Assembly: GCA_031409335.1 (NCBI GenBank)
Contig: JANNWY010000198.1
Location: 1 to 64,000 of the forward strand
Direction: 5' to 3'
Origin: Chthoniobacteraceae bacterium
Lineage (GTDB): Bacteria > Verrucomicrobiota > Verrucomicrobiia > Chthoniobacterales > Chthoniobacteraceae
DNA length: 64,000 nucleotides
Below are positions 1-16,800 of the stretch, piece by piece; position 1 is the stretch's first letter, and each line of letters begins with the position of its first letter. A program made the translations under genes and the position numbers. The notes below the pieces were generated by a model. It searched no databases. It worked only from the letters and a program-made list of their open reading frames with translations, and was not told the DNA's origin.

Positions 1-3000
1 TTTCGCGTCGGCGAAAACGTCACCGACCTCAAGACCTTCAAGTGGCTCTGCGACGGCGGGCAGTGGCGCTATCTCGGCAATCGTTTCGACCACGAATACC
101 GCTACCCGCCGCAGCACGAATTCGAGTGGACGCGCACCCATCGCGAGCTGCACCGCCACGGATTGCACCCGCACATTTCCATCGAGGATCGCCTCTTCGT
201 CGAGTGCGTCGGCGGCGACCTCACCATCAAAGTCGAAGACAACACCGCGAGTGGCACGGGCATCTACAGCGAGCCCGTCGAGCAGCGCGATCAGACGCTC
301 GATGACGCCGAGGTTTTCTACTCGATCGTCGGCAACCTCATCGTGCTGAAAGTGCGGCCGTATCAGGAAAAGGAGTTCCGCTATTTGGTCTTCAACGAGA
401 AGGTCCGCGAGATCCGGCGCATCGACTCGATCGAAGACTCGTGCGTGCTGCTGCCCGACGATCACGGCCTCATTTTCGCGCGCGGCTATTATCTGCAAAG
501 CGGCGAGTTCAAGCTCTTCGAGACCGCGCTCGAAGACATGTATTTCAACAAGCGCATCGCTGCGCCGAACGGCGAGGATTTCCTCTACACCTTCTACCAG
601 CGCGCGTCGGGCGACTACGTGCTGCTCAGCTACAATCTGATCGCGCGCACCGTCGAGACGCCGATCATTTGCAGCGGATTTTCGCTGTTTGAAAATGGTG
701 AGATGGCGCTCTTCCGCGCCGACCGCGAGCCGCAGAAACATCACGTCATCCAAGTCTGGCAAACGCCCTACGTCGGTGCGGACTGGCAGCCGCCGGTGCA
801 GTCGAACGACTATCTCTACAAGCTCGGAAATCCCGTGCTCGTCGGCGCGATGGCCGAGTGCCACGCGGTGCTCGGGCTCTTGGGAAAAGAGGACACGTTC
901 TCCGGGCTTTACCTCGATCTGGTGAAGGCGACAACCGATCTGCTCGACGCGTATTTCTGGCTCGATCGCGCCGAGGCTTTCGATCTGCGCGCACCGCTCG
1001 TCGCGATCCGCGAAGCCGCGGCGGCGGCGCTCGCGGAGTTCGAGAAAGTGGTCGCGATTCGCAGGAGCACCGCGGCGGAAGTGGGGCGAGTCACGGGCCG
1101 GGCAGAGGAAATTCTCGGCGCGCTGCCGACGCAGAAGTTTGAGGCGATCGGGGAATTCGTGACGCGGCTCGCGGAGTTGCGCGCGGTGCGCGGGGAGCTG
1201 ATTTCGCTGAAGGAATTGCGCTACGCCGATCTGCCGCTCATCGAGACGACCGAGCGAAATGTGGCCGAGGCCAGCGCGCAACTCGCGGAGCGCACGGTCG
1301 CCTTTCTCCTGCAACCGGAGGCGCTCACGCCCTTCCGCGCGCGCGCCGACGAACTGGGCGCGAAAGTCCCCGCGCTGCCGAAAGTCACCGAGGCCAGACA
1401 ACTCGATGAAGAGATCGCCGCCGCCGGGAAGGATTTGGATTTGCTGATCGAGACGGTGAGCAATCTCAAAATCCAGGACGCGACCGAGACGACGCGCATC
1501 GTCGAGGCCGTCTCCGCGATTTACGCCGTGCTGAACCAGGCGCGCGCGGCGCTGAAGCAGAAGATTCGCGACCTGCGCGGCAGCGAAGCCGTCGCGGAAT
1601 TTGCCTCACAAACGCGGCTGCTCGATCAGGCGCTCACCAACTATCTCGACCTCTGCACCGCGCCGGAGAAGTGCGACGAATACCTCAACCGCGTGATGGT
1701 GCAGGTCGAGGAACTCGAAGCGCGTTTCGCGGATTTCGACGAGTTTGTCGTGCAGCTCGGCGAGAAGCGCACGGCGTTGAGCGGCGCGTTTGAGGCGCGA
1801 AAGATCGAACTCGTCGAATCGCGAAATCGCAAAACCAACGCGCTACTCACCGCCGCCGAGCGCATCCTCAAAGGCATCAAACATCGCGCCGAAAACGCGA
1901 CCGGGCTGGATGAGCTGAACAGTTACTTCGCCGCGGATGCGATGGTCGAAAAGGTGCGCGACCTCACGCGGCAGCTCACCGATCTCGGCGATACCGTGAA
2001 GGCCGACGATCTCGCGAGCCGATTGAAAACGCTGCGCGAGGAATCGGTGCGCCAGCTCAAGGACCGGCAGGATCTTTTCGCCGGCGGACCCAACATCATC
2101 CAGCTCGGCCGCCATCGTTTCCTCACCAACTCGCAGGAACTCGATCTCACGATCATCCCGCGCGGCGACACGATGTGCCTGCATCTGACGGGCACGAATT
2201 TCTTCGAGCCGATCAGCGATGCGGAGTTTCTCGCCACACGCGCCGTCTGGCCGTTGGAAGTCGTCTCGGAAACACCCGCGATCTACCGCGCGGAATATTT
2301 GGCGTATTGCGTGTTTCAAGATGTTCTGCGGGTAGGGTGGGCGTCCCGCCTGCCGTTGCCGGCGTCCTCGCCGGGAACATCGAACGAGGAGTCGCGCGCC
2401 ATCACGTCCGATGCATCCGGCAAGATGCCGGATACGGCAGGCGGGACGCCCACCCTACCCGCGGAACACGTCACGGAAATCGTGCGCGCCTTCATGGCTC
2501 CACGGTTCAGCGAGGGATATGTGAAAGGCGTCCACGATGCCGACGCGGCGAGAATTTTCGCGGCGCTGATCGAACTGCACACCGGCCTCGATTTGCTGCG
2601 CTTTCCTCCGGCGGCGCGCGCGCTCGCGGCAGTTTTCTGGCGGCAGTTTCCCGATGGGGAAGCAAAGAGTCTGCTCGTGGCAAAGGTGCGCGGTTTCGCC
2701 TCGATGCAGCGCGCTTTTCCCAGCCAGCGCCGCCATGAAAATCTCGTCGCCGAGCTGCATGAACTCGTTGCCGAGTTTGCGAACCAGCCAAGGTGGATGG
2801 CGTCGCTCCGCGCGCCATGCGTTACCAACGCCGAAGGCCCATCTCTTGAGAGTGGCGCTGACGCGCAGGATGTTGGTATGGCGCGCGGAGCGACGCCATC
2901 CACCGTGGCTTCCGCCGCCGAATATCTTTCCCATCAACTCGAACGCGACGGCGATTTCGTCGTCAGCCCGGAGGCTGCGGCGCTTTTCACCGGCTTCGAG

Positions 3001-4797
3001 TTGCATCTCCGCGAGCACCATTTCACCGACGCCTTTCGCACCGCGCGAAAAGCCGTGGAGGCCGATCTGCCCGCCACTTTCGATCTGCTCCGCGAATGGG
3101 TCCGCGGCTACGCCCTCGCCCACGCCGACGCGGCGCAGCAGGAATACATCGACGAAACTGCCTGCCTCCTGCTCCGCGACGCGCGACTCGGGGCCGCGAC
3201 CGTGGAGGTTTCCTCCACGCGCGAGATCATCGACCTCAAAGGCAGTCATCCGAGCATCCAGAATGGCGCGCTCCGCCTGAACTACATCGAATTCACGCAA
3301 CGCCTCCGCGCGCACGAAGCCGAAGTCGTGCCGGTCTTCGCGCGTTTCCAGGCGATGAAAAAGCAGATCGTCGAGGACGCCCGCGCGCGGATGCGGCTTG
3401 ATGGTTTCAAACCGAAAGTGCTCAGCAGTTTTGTGCGCAATCAACTCATCGACGCCGTCTATCTCCCGCTCGTCGGTGATAATCTCGCCAAACAAATCGG
3501 CGCGGCGGGCGACACAAAACGCACCGACCGCATGGGCCTACTCCTGCTCGTCTCGCCACCCGGTTACGGCAAGACGACGCTCGTGGAATACGTCGCGAGT
3601 CGGCTCGGCCTCGTCTTCATGAAAGTGAACGGCCCGGCCATCGGCCACCGCGTCACCTCGCTCGATCCCGCCGAAGCGCCGAACGCCGCGGCGCGCGAGG
3701 AAATCGAGAAGCTCAATCTCGCCTTCGAGATGGGCGACAACGTGATGATCTGCCTCGACGACATTCAGCATCTCCACGCGGAGTTTCTGCAAAAATTCAT
3801 CTCGCTCTGCGACGGCTCGCGGAAGATCGAAGGCGTCCACCGCGGCCAGCCACGCACGTATGATCTGCGCGGAAAAAAGATCGCCGTCGTGATGGCTGGC
3901 AATCCTTACACCGAAACCGGCGAGAAATTCCGCATCCCCGACATGCTCGCGAACCGCGCGGACACCTACAATCTCGGCGACGTGATCGGCGGCCACGCGG
4001 ACGCCTTCCGCGCGAGCTACATCGAAAACGCCGCGACCTCGAACGTCACGCTCGCGCGCGTCGCCACGCGTCATCCGCGCGACATCCTCACCGCGCTCGA
4101 ACTCGCCGCCACCGGCCCGCGCGAAGGACTCGATTTTGAGGGCACCTACGCGCCCGCCGAGTTCGAGGAAATCCTCGGCGTCATGAAAAAGATGCTGCGC
4201 GTGCGCGACGTGGTTTTGCGAGTGAACGAGGAATACATCCGCAGCGCCGCGCAAGCCGACGCCTACCGGACCGAGCCGCCGTTCAAGCTGCAAGGCAGCT
4301 ACCGCAACATGAACCGGCTCGCCGAAAAACTTTCGCCCGTGATGAACGACGCCGAACTCGAATCGCTGCTCGCCGATCACTACCGCAACGAAGCGCAAAC
4401 CCTAACGAGCGGAGCCGAATCGAACTTGCTTAAACTCAAGGAAATACTCGGCACGCAGACGCCCGTCGAAGCCGCGCGCTGGGAGGAAATCCGCAAGACC
4501 TTCCGCAAAAACAAAGTGCTCGGCGGCGACGGCGGCGAGAACGATCCCGTCTCGCGCGTGGTGCAAAAACTCAGCGCATTTTACGAAGGACTCGACGGCA
4601 TCAAGGAAGCCATCGCCGCCGCGATGAAGGCTGACACAAAAGACCCCGTGACGATCATCATCGCCCCGCCGCAAACCGCCGGGCCAGGCGCGGCGGCGGA
4701 TGGCGATTGGGCGCGCGAGGTGAAGATCAGCCAGGAGACGTTGAAGCAGATTTGGGATGTAATCGAACGCGACCGGGAGCCAAAGCGAGAGCCCTGA
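1..4797 (+). CDS. Large AAA+ 'DNA repair ATPase'-type protein (DUF3686 family), 5'-truncated by the window edge
   Basis: Frame 1 is open from base 1 (FRVGENVTDLKTFKW...) to TGA 4797. It has a long coiled-coil region, Walker A SPPGYGKTT and Walker B-like ICLDDIQH, and carries two palindromic in-frame inserts. Confidence 0.85.
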   Translation, partial: FRVGENVTDLKTFKWLCDGGQWRYLGNRFDHEYRYPPQHEFEWTRTHRELHRHGLHPHISIEDRLFVECVGGDLTIKVEDNTASGTGIYSEPVEQRDQTLDDAEVFYSIVGNLIVLKVRPYQEKEFRYLVFNEKVREIRRIDSIEDSCVLLPDDHGLIFARGYYLQSGEFKLFETALEDMYFNKRIAAPNGEDFLYTFYQRASGDYVLLSYNLIARTVETPIICSGFSLFENGEMALFRADREPQKHHVIQVWQTPYVGADWQPPVQSNDYLYKLGNPVLVGAMAECHAVLGLLGKEDTFSGLYLDLVKATTDLLDAYFWLDRAEAFDLRAPLVAIREAAAAALAEFEKVVAIRRSTAAEVGRVTGRAEEILGALPTQKFEAIGEFVTRLAELRAVRGELISLKELRYADLPLIETTERNVAEASAQLAERTVAFLLQPEALTPFRARADELGAKVPALPKVTEARQLDEEIAAAGKDLDLLIETVSNLKIQDATETTRIVEAVSAIYAVLNQARAALKQKIRDLRGSEAVAEFASQTRLLDQALTNYLDLCTAPEKCDEYLNRVMVQVEELEARFADFDEFVVQLGEKRTALSGAFEARKIELVESRNRKTNALLTAAERILKGIKHRAENATGLDELNSYFAADAMVEKVRDLTRQLTDLGDTVKADDLASRLKTLREESVRQLKDRQDLFAGGPNIIQLGRHRFLTNSQELDLTIIPRGDTMCLHLTGTNFFEPISDAEFLATRAVWPLEVVSETPAIYRAEYLAYCVFQDVLRVGWASRLPLPASSPGTSNEESRAITSDASGKMPDTAGGTPTLPAEHVTEIVRAFMAPRFSEGYVKGVHDADAARIFAALIELHTGLDLLRFPPAARALAAVFWRQFPDGEAKSLLVAKVRGFASMQRAFPSQRRHENLVAELHELVAEFANQPRWMASLRAPCVTNAEGPSLESGADAQDVGMARGATPSTVASAAEYLSHQLERDGDFVVSPEAAALFTGFELHLREHHFTDAFRTARKAVEADLPATFDLLREWVRGYALAHADAAQQEYIDETACLLLRDARLGAATVEVSSTREIIDLKGSHPSIQNGALRLNYIEFTQRLRAHEAEVVPVFARFQAMKKQIVEDARARMRLDGFKPKVLSSFVRNQLIDAVYLPLVGDNLAKQIGAAGDTKRTDRMGLLLLVSPPGYGKTTLVEYVASRLGLVFMKVNGPAIGHRVTSLDPAEAPNAAAREEIEKLNLAFEMGDNVMICLDDIQHLHAEFLQKFISLCDGSRKIEGVHRGQPRTYDLRGKKIAVVMAGNPYTETGEKFRIPDMLANRADTYNLGDVIGGHADAFRASYIENAATSNVTLARVATRHPRDILTALELAATGPREGLDFEGTYAPAEFEEILGVMKKMLRVRDVVLRVNEEYIRSAAQADAYRTEPPFKLQGSYRNMNRLAEKLSPVMNDAELESLLADHYRNEAQTLTSGAESNLLKLKEILGTQTPVEAARWEEIRKTFRKNKVLGGDGGENDPVSRVVQKLSAFYEGLDGIKEAIAAAMKADTKDPVTIIIAPPQTAGPGAAADGDWAREVKISQETLKQIWDVIERDREPKREP
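2322..2468. repeat. REP-doublet-like palindromic element inserted in frame in the ATPase gene
   Basis: 35-bp arms 2322-2356 and 2434-2468 are reverse complements with 1 mismatch (core GTAGGGTGGGCGTCCCGCCTGCC). Inner hairpin ATCCGGCA-AGA-TGCCGGAT. Span is 147 bp = 49 codons. Confidence 0.9.
2786..2910. repeat. Second REP-doublet-like element (GTGG type) within the ATPase gene
   Basis: 33-bp arms 2786-2818 and 2878-2910 with 1 mismatch; perfect 27-bp core GGTGGATGGCGTCGCTCCGCGCGCCAT. The reading frame stays open through it. Confidence 0.9.
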
Positions 4798-4831
4798 GAA
4801 ACGCACGGATCGTCGATCGGGCTGAGCTAAC

Positions 4832-4886
4832 GCAGCTTGGGCTTTAGCCCAAAGTGGCGTTTCGTTTGGACCAAAGTCCAAGCTAC
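4832..4886. repeat. Intergenic REP-like doublet (GTAG type)
   Basis: GCAGCTTGGGCTTTAGCCCAAA (4832-4853) faces an inverted unit reading GTAGCTTGGACTTTGGTCCAAA on the minus strand (4865-4886). Each unit is itself a hairpin. Confidence 0.7.
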
Positions 4887-4943
4887 TTTGCTACACGCCA
4901 CTTATGGAAATCTCGGCGACGCTGAGTTTGCCGCGTTTGTCTT

Positions 4944-5087
4944 TTGGCGCACCGCTACTAAGCGCAGACTTTCCTCTGGCTTTCCCGGCACGATCGCCGG
5001 GCCAGAGTCGCCGCCTTTCTCCGGACCCGCCCGCGCATCGAGCCGGAGCCCGCCGATCTGCTTCTTCCCGCCGTGACACTCATTGGA
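4944..5087 (-). pseudogene. Remnant of a planctomycete-type cytochrome c (PSCyt1) domain
   Basis: Minus frame reads SNECHGGKKQIGGLRLDARAGPEKGGDSGPAIVPGKPEESL. This matches the CxxCH..GGLRLD..GGDSGPAIVPGKPEESL family motif, but the first Cys and the flanking domains are missing. Confidence 0.75.
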
Positions 5088-5128
5088 AGGTGCGCGAATC
5101 ATTTTTCCGGTTTGGGCGAAATAAATGC

Positions 5129-5156
5129 TTGCGCCCTGAAAAAAGAACGCCAGTGT
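5129..5156 (+). promoter_or_regulatory. Candidate sigma70 promoter for rpoBC
   Basis: TTGCGC-N16-CAGTGT preceded by an AT-rich tract. Same TTG...CAnnnT pattern as other promoters in the window. Confidence 0.35.
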
Positions 5157-5234
5157 GCGCGTCCATCCCAAGGCAAGGGGTCACTCCTTTGTCTGCCGTC
5201 TTTGAGCAACGCCACCGCCCGTAACGACATTTTG

Positions 5235-5295
5235 CAGCAGAGACACCACGACGCAGAGGATTTTCCAAGCCCTCTGCGTCGTGGTGTCTCTGCTG
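5235..5295. repeat. Perfect 25-bp hairpin in the rpoB upstream region
   Basis: CAGCAGAGACACCACGACGCAGAGG (5235-5259) and its exact reverse complement (5271-5295), 11-nt loop. Confidence 0.9.
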
Positions 5296-5411
5296 TTGTG
5301 TGTCGGTGGAGGCAGGTCGGCAACCACTAAATTTTTCCGCTCTTCTCCGCTTGTTGTGTCGCGTGGAGGGGCGAAGAGCGAAACCCAAGGCACAGCAGAG
5401 CGAGTTATCTT

Positions 5412-9209
<3,798 letters not shown>

Positions 9210-9244
9210 CTCAATCCGCAACCTTACTTACCAGCTAACTAATT

Positions 9245-13369
<4,125 letters not shown>

Positions 13370-13386
13370 GACCGCAAACCCTTAAC

Positions 13387-13421
13387 AAACGCCCGGCGGA
13401 CGAAAGTTCGCCGGGCGTTTT
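13387..13421 (+). terminator. Intrinsic terminator of rpoBC
   Basis: AAACGCCCGGCGGAC-GAAA-GTTCGCCGGGCGTTTT stem-loop followed by a T-rich tract, 17 nt after the rpoC stop. Confidence 0.85.
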
Positions 13422-13429
13422 GTGTTTGG

Positions 13430-13548
13430 AGCAGAGGGCGGTGAAACCGCGAGATCGCCAATCTTAAGCCACTTACTCAAAAGGCGGACAACGCCGTCCC
13501 GGCAATACGGAACGAAACCTCTTCCTCATCCGCGTTTTCAGCGTCCTC
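13430..13548. repeat. Diverged copy of the nonamer-armed dispersed element also at 40082-40261
   Basis: Reverse complement of 13451-13548 aligns without gaps to 40120-40217 (hand count 74/98 identical). Confidence 0.75.
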
Positions 13549-13827
13549 GATGTTTTGGAAAGGTTGAGAGCCTGGCTGGCTTTGGCTTGCTTGACTCACT
13601 CACCCAGCTCTGGCGGCGTCCGTTCATCGCCAGAGCGACGGTGTTCTCTTTGAAAATCCCGACCCCCAAAATCGAAGACACTTTAGGCACCGACTCGGAG
13701 ATCGAGACACCCATCACGTTCGGCAAATCATTGTGATTTACATCCGACCGGGCGTCACCGATCAGTCCGCGCAATCCGCTTCCCAAACCTCTCCGGGCAA
13801 ATGCAGTTGCCATTTATTCCCATCTCA

Positions 13828-16800
13828 ATGAATCGATACCGCGTCCTCCTGCTCTCGCTCGCTGCCCTGCTCGCACTGAGTCTGTGCTTCCTGAATCAGG
13901 ATCGTCCCGCGGCGACCTCCCCCGGAATCGCCAAAGCGACCGCTCCAACTGCGGTGGCAGCGCCAGTCACAGCGGTTCCCGGTGAAACTGCGGCGGCGGC
14001 CCTGCCGAAAATCGTGCCGCGGGCGACGGGTGCGGTGGGGCGCGGGCCGGGTTTTCGGCGCGTGCCGGCGGCTTCGGATGCGGTGGCGAGGAATGGGCGT
14101 GCGCCGGCGGCGCTGCCGCTGCCGCCGAATTTTCTCGATTCGATCGTCGATGCTTCGGGAACGCGGGCCGCTTTCACACTGCCGGATGGACGCGCCGCGG
14201 CGGGCACGGTCGAGCTGCTGCGACGCGATGCGGACGGGGTGCTGCTCGCGCAGGGCCGGCTTTCGGAGCCGCAAGAGGGTTTCTATTTTTTCCAGCGGCA
14301 GACTGAACCTGGAGTCGCGGGGCCGCTCGTGGGCAATGTGCGGTTTGATGAAGGCGACACTGCGTTTCGCGTCGTGCCGACCGGTCCGGGCTTCGGTCCG
14401 GCGCTCGTCGAGCACCGGCTGGATCAAGTGGTCTGTGTGAATCTCGTTCCGCCCGATCGCGAGCGCCTCGCCGCCGCCGGACCGGAAAATGCACCCCAGA
14501 CGCACCCGACGGGCATCCCGATTCCGGGTTACCAAAACGGCGTGGTGCCGCTGCAAAGTCTGCCGGGCGCGCCGGGCGTGATCTATCTGGATTTCGACGG
14601 GGAGACGGGGCCGTTCTCGGGCTGGGGAAGTTTCGACGCGGCACCGTCCGGCGCGAACAATACGCAGATCGAGGAAGTGTGGCAGCGCATCGCGGAGGAC
14701 TTTCAGGCGTTCAATCTCAATGTCACCACCGACCGGAAAGTCTTCGACAACACGACGCAGGGCCGGCGGCAGCATGTGCTGCTGACGCCGACGACGACGG
14801 CTGCGCCGGGTGCGGGCGGCGTGGCTTACATTGGCTCGTTCAACAACACTGGCGACACCGTGTGCTGGGCGTTTTATTCCGTGGGAAAAAGTGCGGCAGA
14901 AGTTGCCTCGCACGAAATCGGCCACACGCTTGGCCTCGGCCACGACGGCCGCATTACCCCTGACGAAACCTACTACGGCGGACAGGGCTCGGGCGAGACT
15001 GGCTGGGCGCCGATCATGGGGGTGGGCTACTACCAGAATTTCGTGCAGTGGTCGAAAGGCGAATACGCCAGCGCGAACAACACGGAGGACGATCTCGCGA
15101 TTCTCGTGGGCAACAACAACAGCGTGGACTACCGCGTGGATGATTTCACCGCGACATTCGCCACCGCGCCGTATCTCGAAATCCTCGCGAATAACACGGT
15201 CTCGAATGAAGGCATCATCGAGACGCGCGCGGACGTGGACGCGTTTCGTTTTACCAGCGCGGGCGGCGCGGTGTCGCTCGTCGTGAGCACGGTGAATACG
15301 GCGCCGAACCTCGACATCCTCGCGGAGATTTACAACGCGGCGAACGTGCTCATCGTGACCGCGAATCCCGAACTCGGCCTCAGCGCGACGGTCGCGGCCA
15401 ATCTCGTGGCGGGCGACTACACGCTGCGCGTGAGCGGCGTCGGCCGCGGCAGTCCGCTCGTCGATGGCTACACCGACTACGCTTCGCTCGGCGCGTATCT
15501 CATCAGCGGGACGGTCGCCAACGGCGTGAAAGCGGACCGTTTCAGCGTCGCCGAAAACAGCGTGAACACGACTGCCGTCGGCACGGTCGCCCCGCGCCTC
15601 ACGCATGGCGCAAATCCGCTCACCTTCGCGATCTCCTCCGGCAACACCGGCAACGCCTTTGCAATGGACGCGGTCACTGGCGAGATCACCGTTGCCACTG
15701 CCGCGCAGTTGAATTTCGAGACGCTCTCCACGCGCTGGGATGCCCCGGCGACCTTCCAGCTCTTTGTCACCATCACCGATGCGACCGATCCGCTGCTGAA
15801 CGAAACGCTCCGCATCGTCGTCACCGTCACCGATGTGAACGAACTGCCGACCATCACGGGCGGCAGCGTCACCATCCCGGAGCGTGCGAGCATCGGCACG
15901 AAAGTGTTTGTGGTCACGGGCGGCGATCCGGATCGTTTTGAATTTCCGCGCTTCTCGATCGTCGCGGGAAATGCGGGGAACGCCTTCGCGATCGACGCGG
16001 TTTCCGGGCAGATCACGATCGCCGCGGGCACCGATTTCGCGGTGCAGCCCGTTTACACGCTGACGGTCCGCGCGACCGATCACGGCACGCCCGCGCTGTC
16101 GGCGGATGGCACGGTCACGATCACGCTCATCGCTATTCCCGCGGGCTACACGCCGGGCACGATCATCCGCACGTTCTTTGAAAACATCACCGGCAATCCG
16201 GTGAGCAGCCTCACTGGCAACGCGAATTTTCCGAACAATCCGAACTCCGAGCAGGTGCTCACGTCGTTCGATGGCGGGCTCGATCATGGCGACAACTACG
16301 GCAGCACGCTGCGCGGCTACCTCATCCCGCCGACCACCGGCAGCTATACATTTTGGATTTCATCGGACGACGGCGGCGAACTCCGCATCAGCCCGAACGC
16401 GGCGCCCGCGAGCGCGGTGGTGCGCGCGACTCTCGCGAATGCGTCGAACCAATATCAATGGAACGCGAACGCCTCGCAGCAATCCGTCGCCATCGCGCTG
16501 ACCGTCGGCACGCCTTACTATATCGAGGCGCGGCACAAGGAAGGCAGCGGGGCGGATCACATCGCGGTCGCGTGGCAGGGGCCGGGCATCACGCAGCGGG
16601 TGATCGGAGGTGCGTACCTCGCGCCTTACCGGCAAAACTACGCGCCGAATTTCGTCGGTGCTCCATACACATTCCCAGTGGGTGAAAACGCGGCGAATGG
16701 CACGCTCGTCGGCACCGTGTCGGCGACCGATGTCAACAATCACGCGTTCACTTTTTCCATCACGAGCGGAAACACGGGCGGCGCATTCGCGATCGACGCG

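Noticed and set aside
13422..13813. ORFs 13422-13736 (+) and 13538-13813 (-)
   Set aside because: No recognisable motifs, atypical composition, and partly explained by the dispersed repeat.
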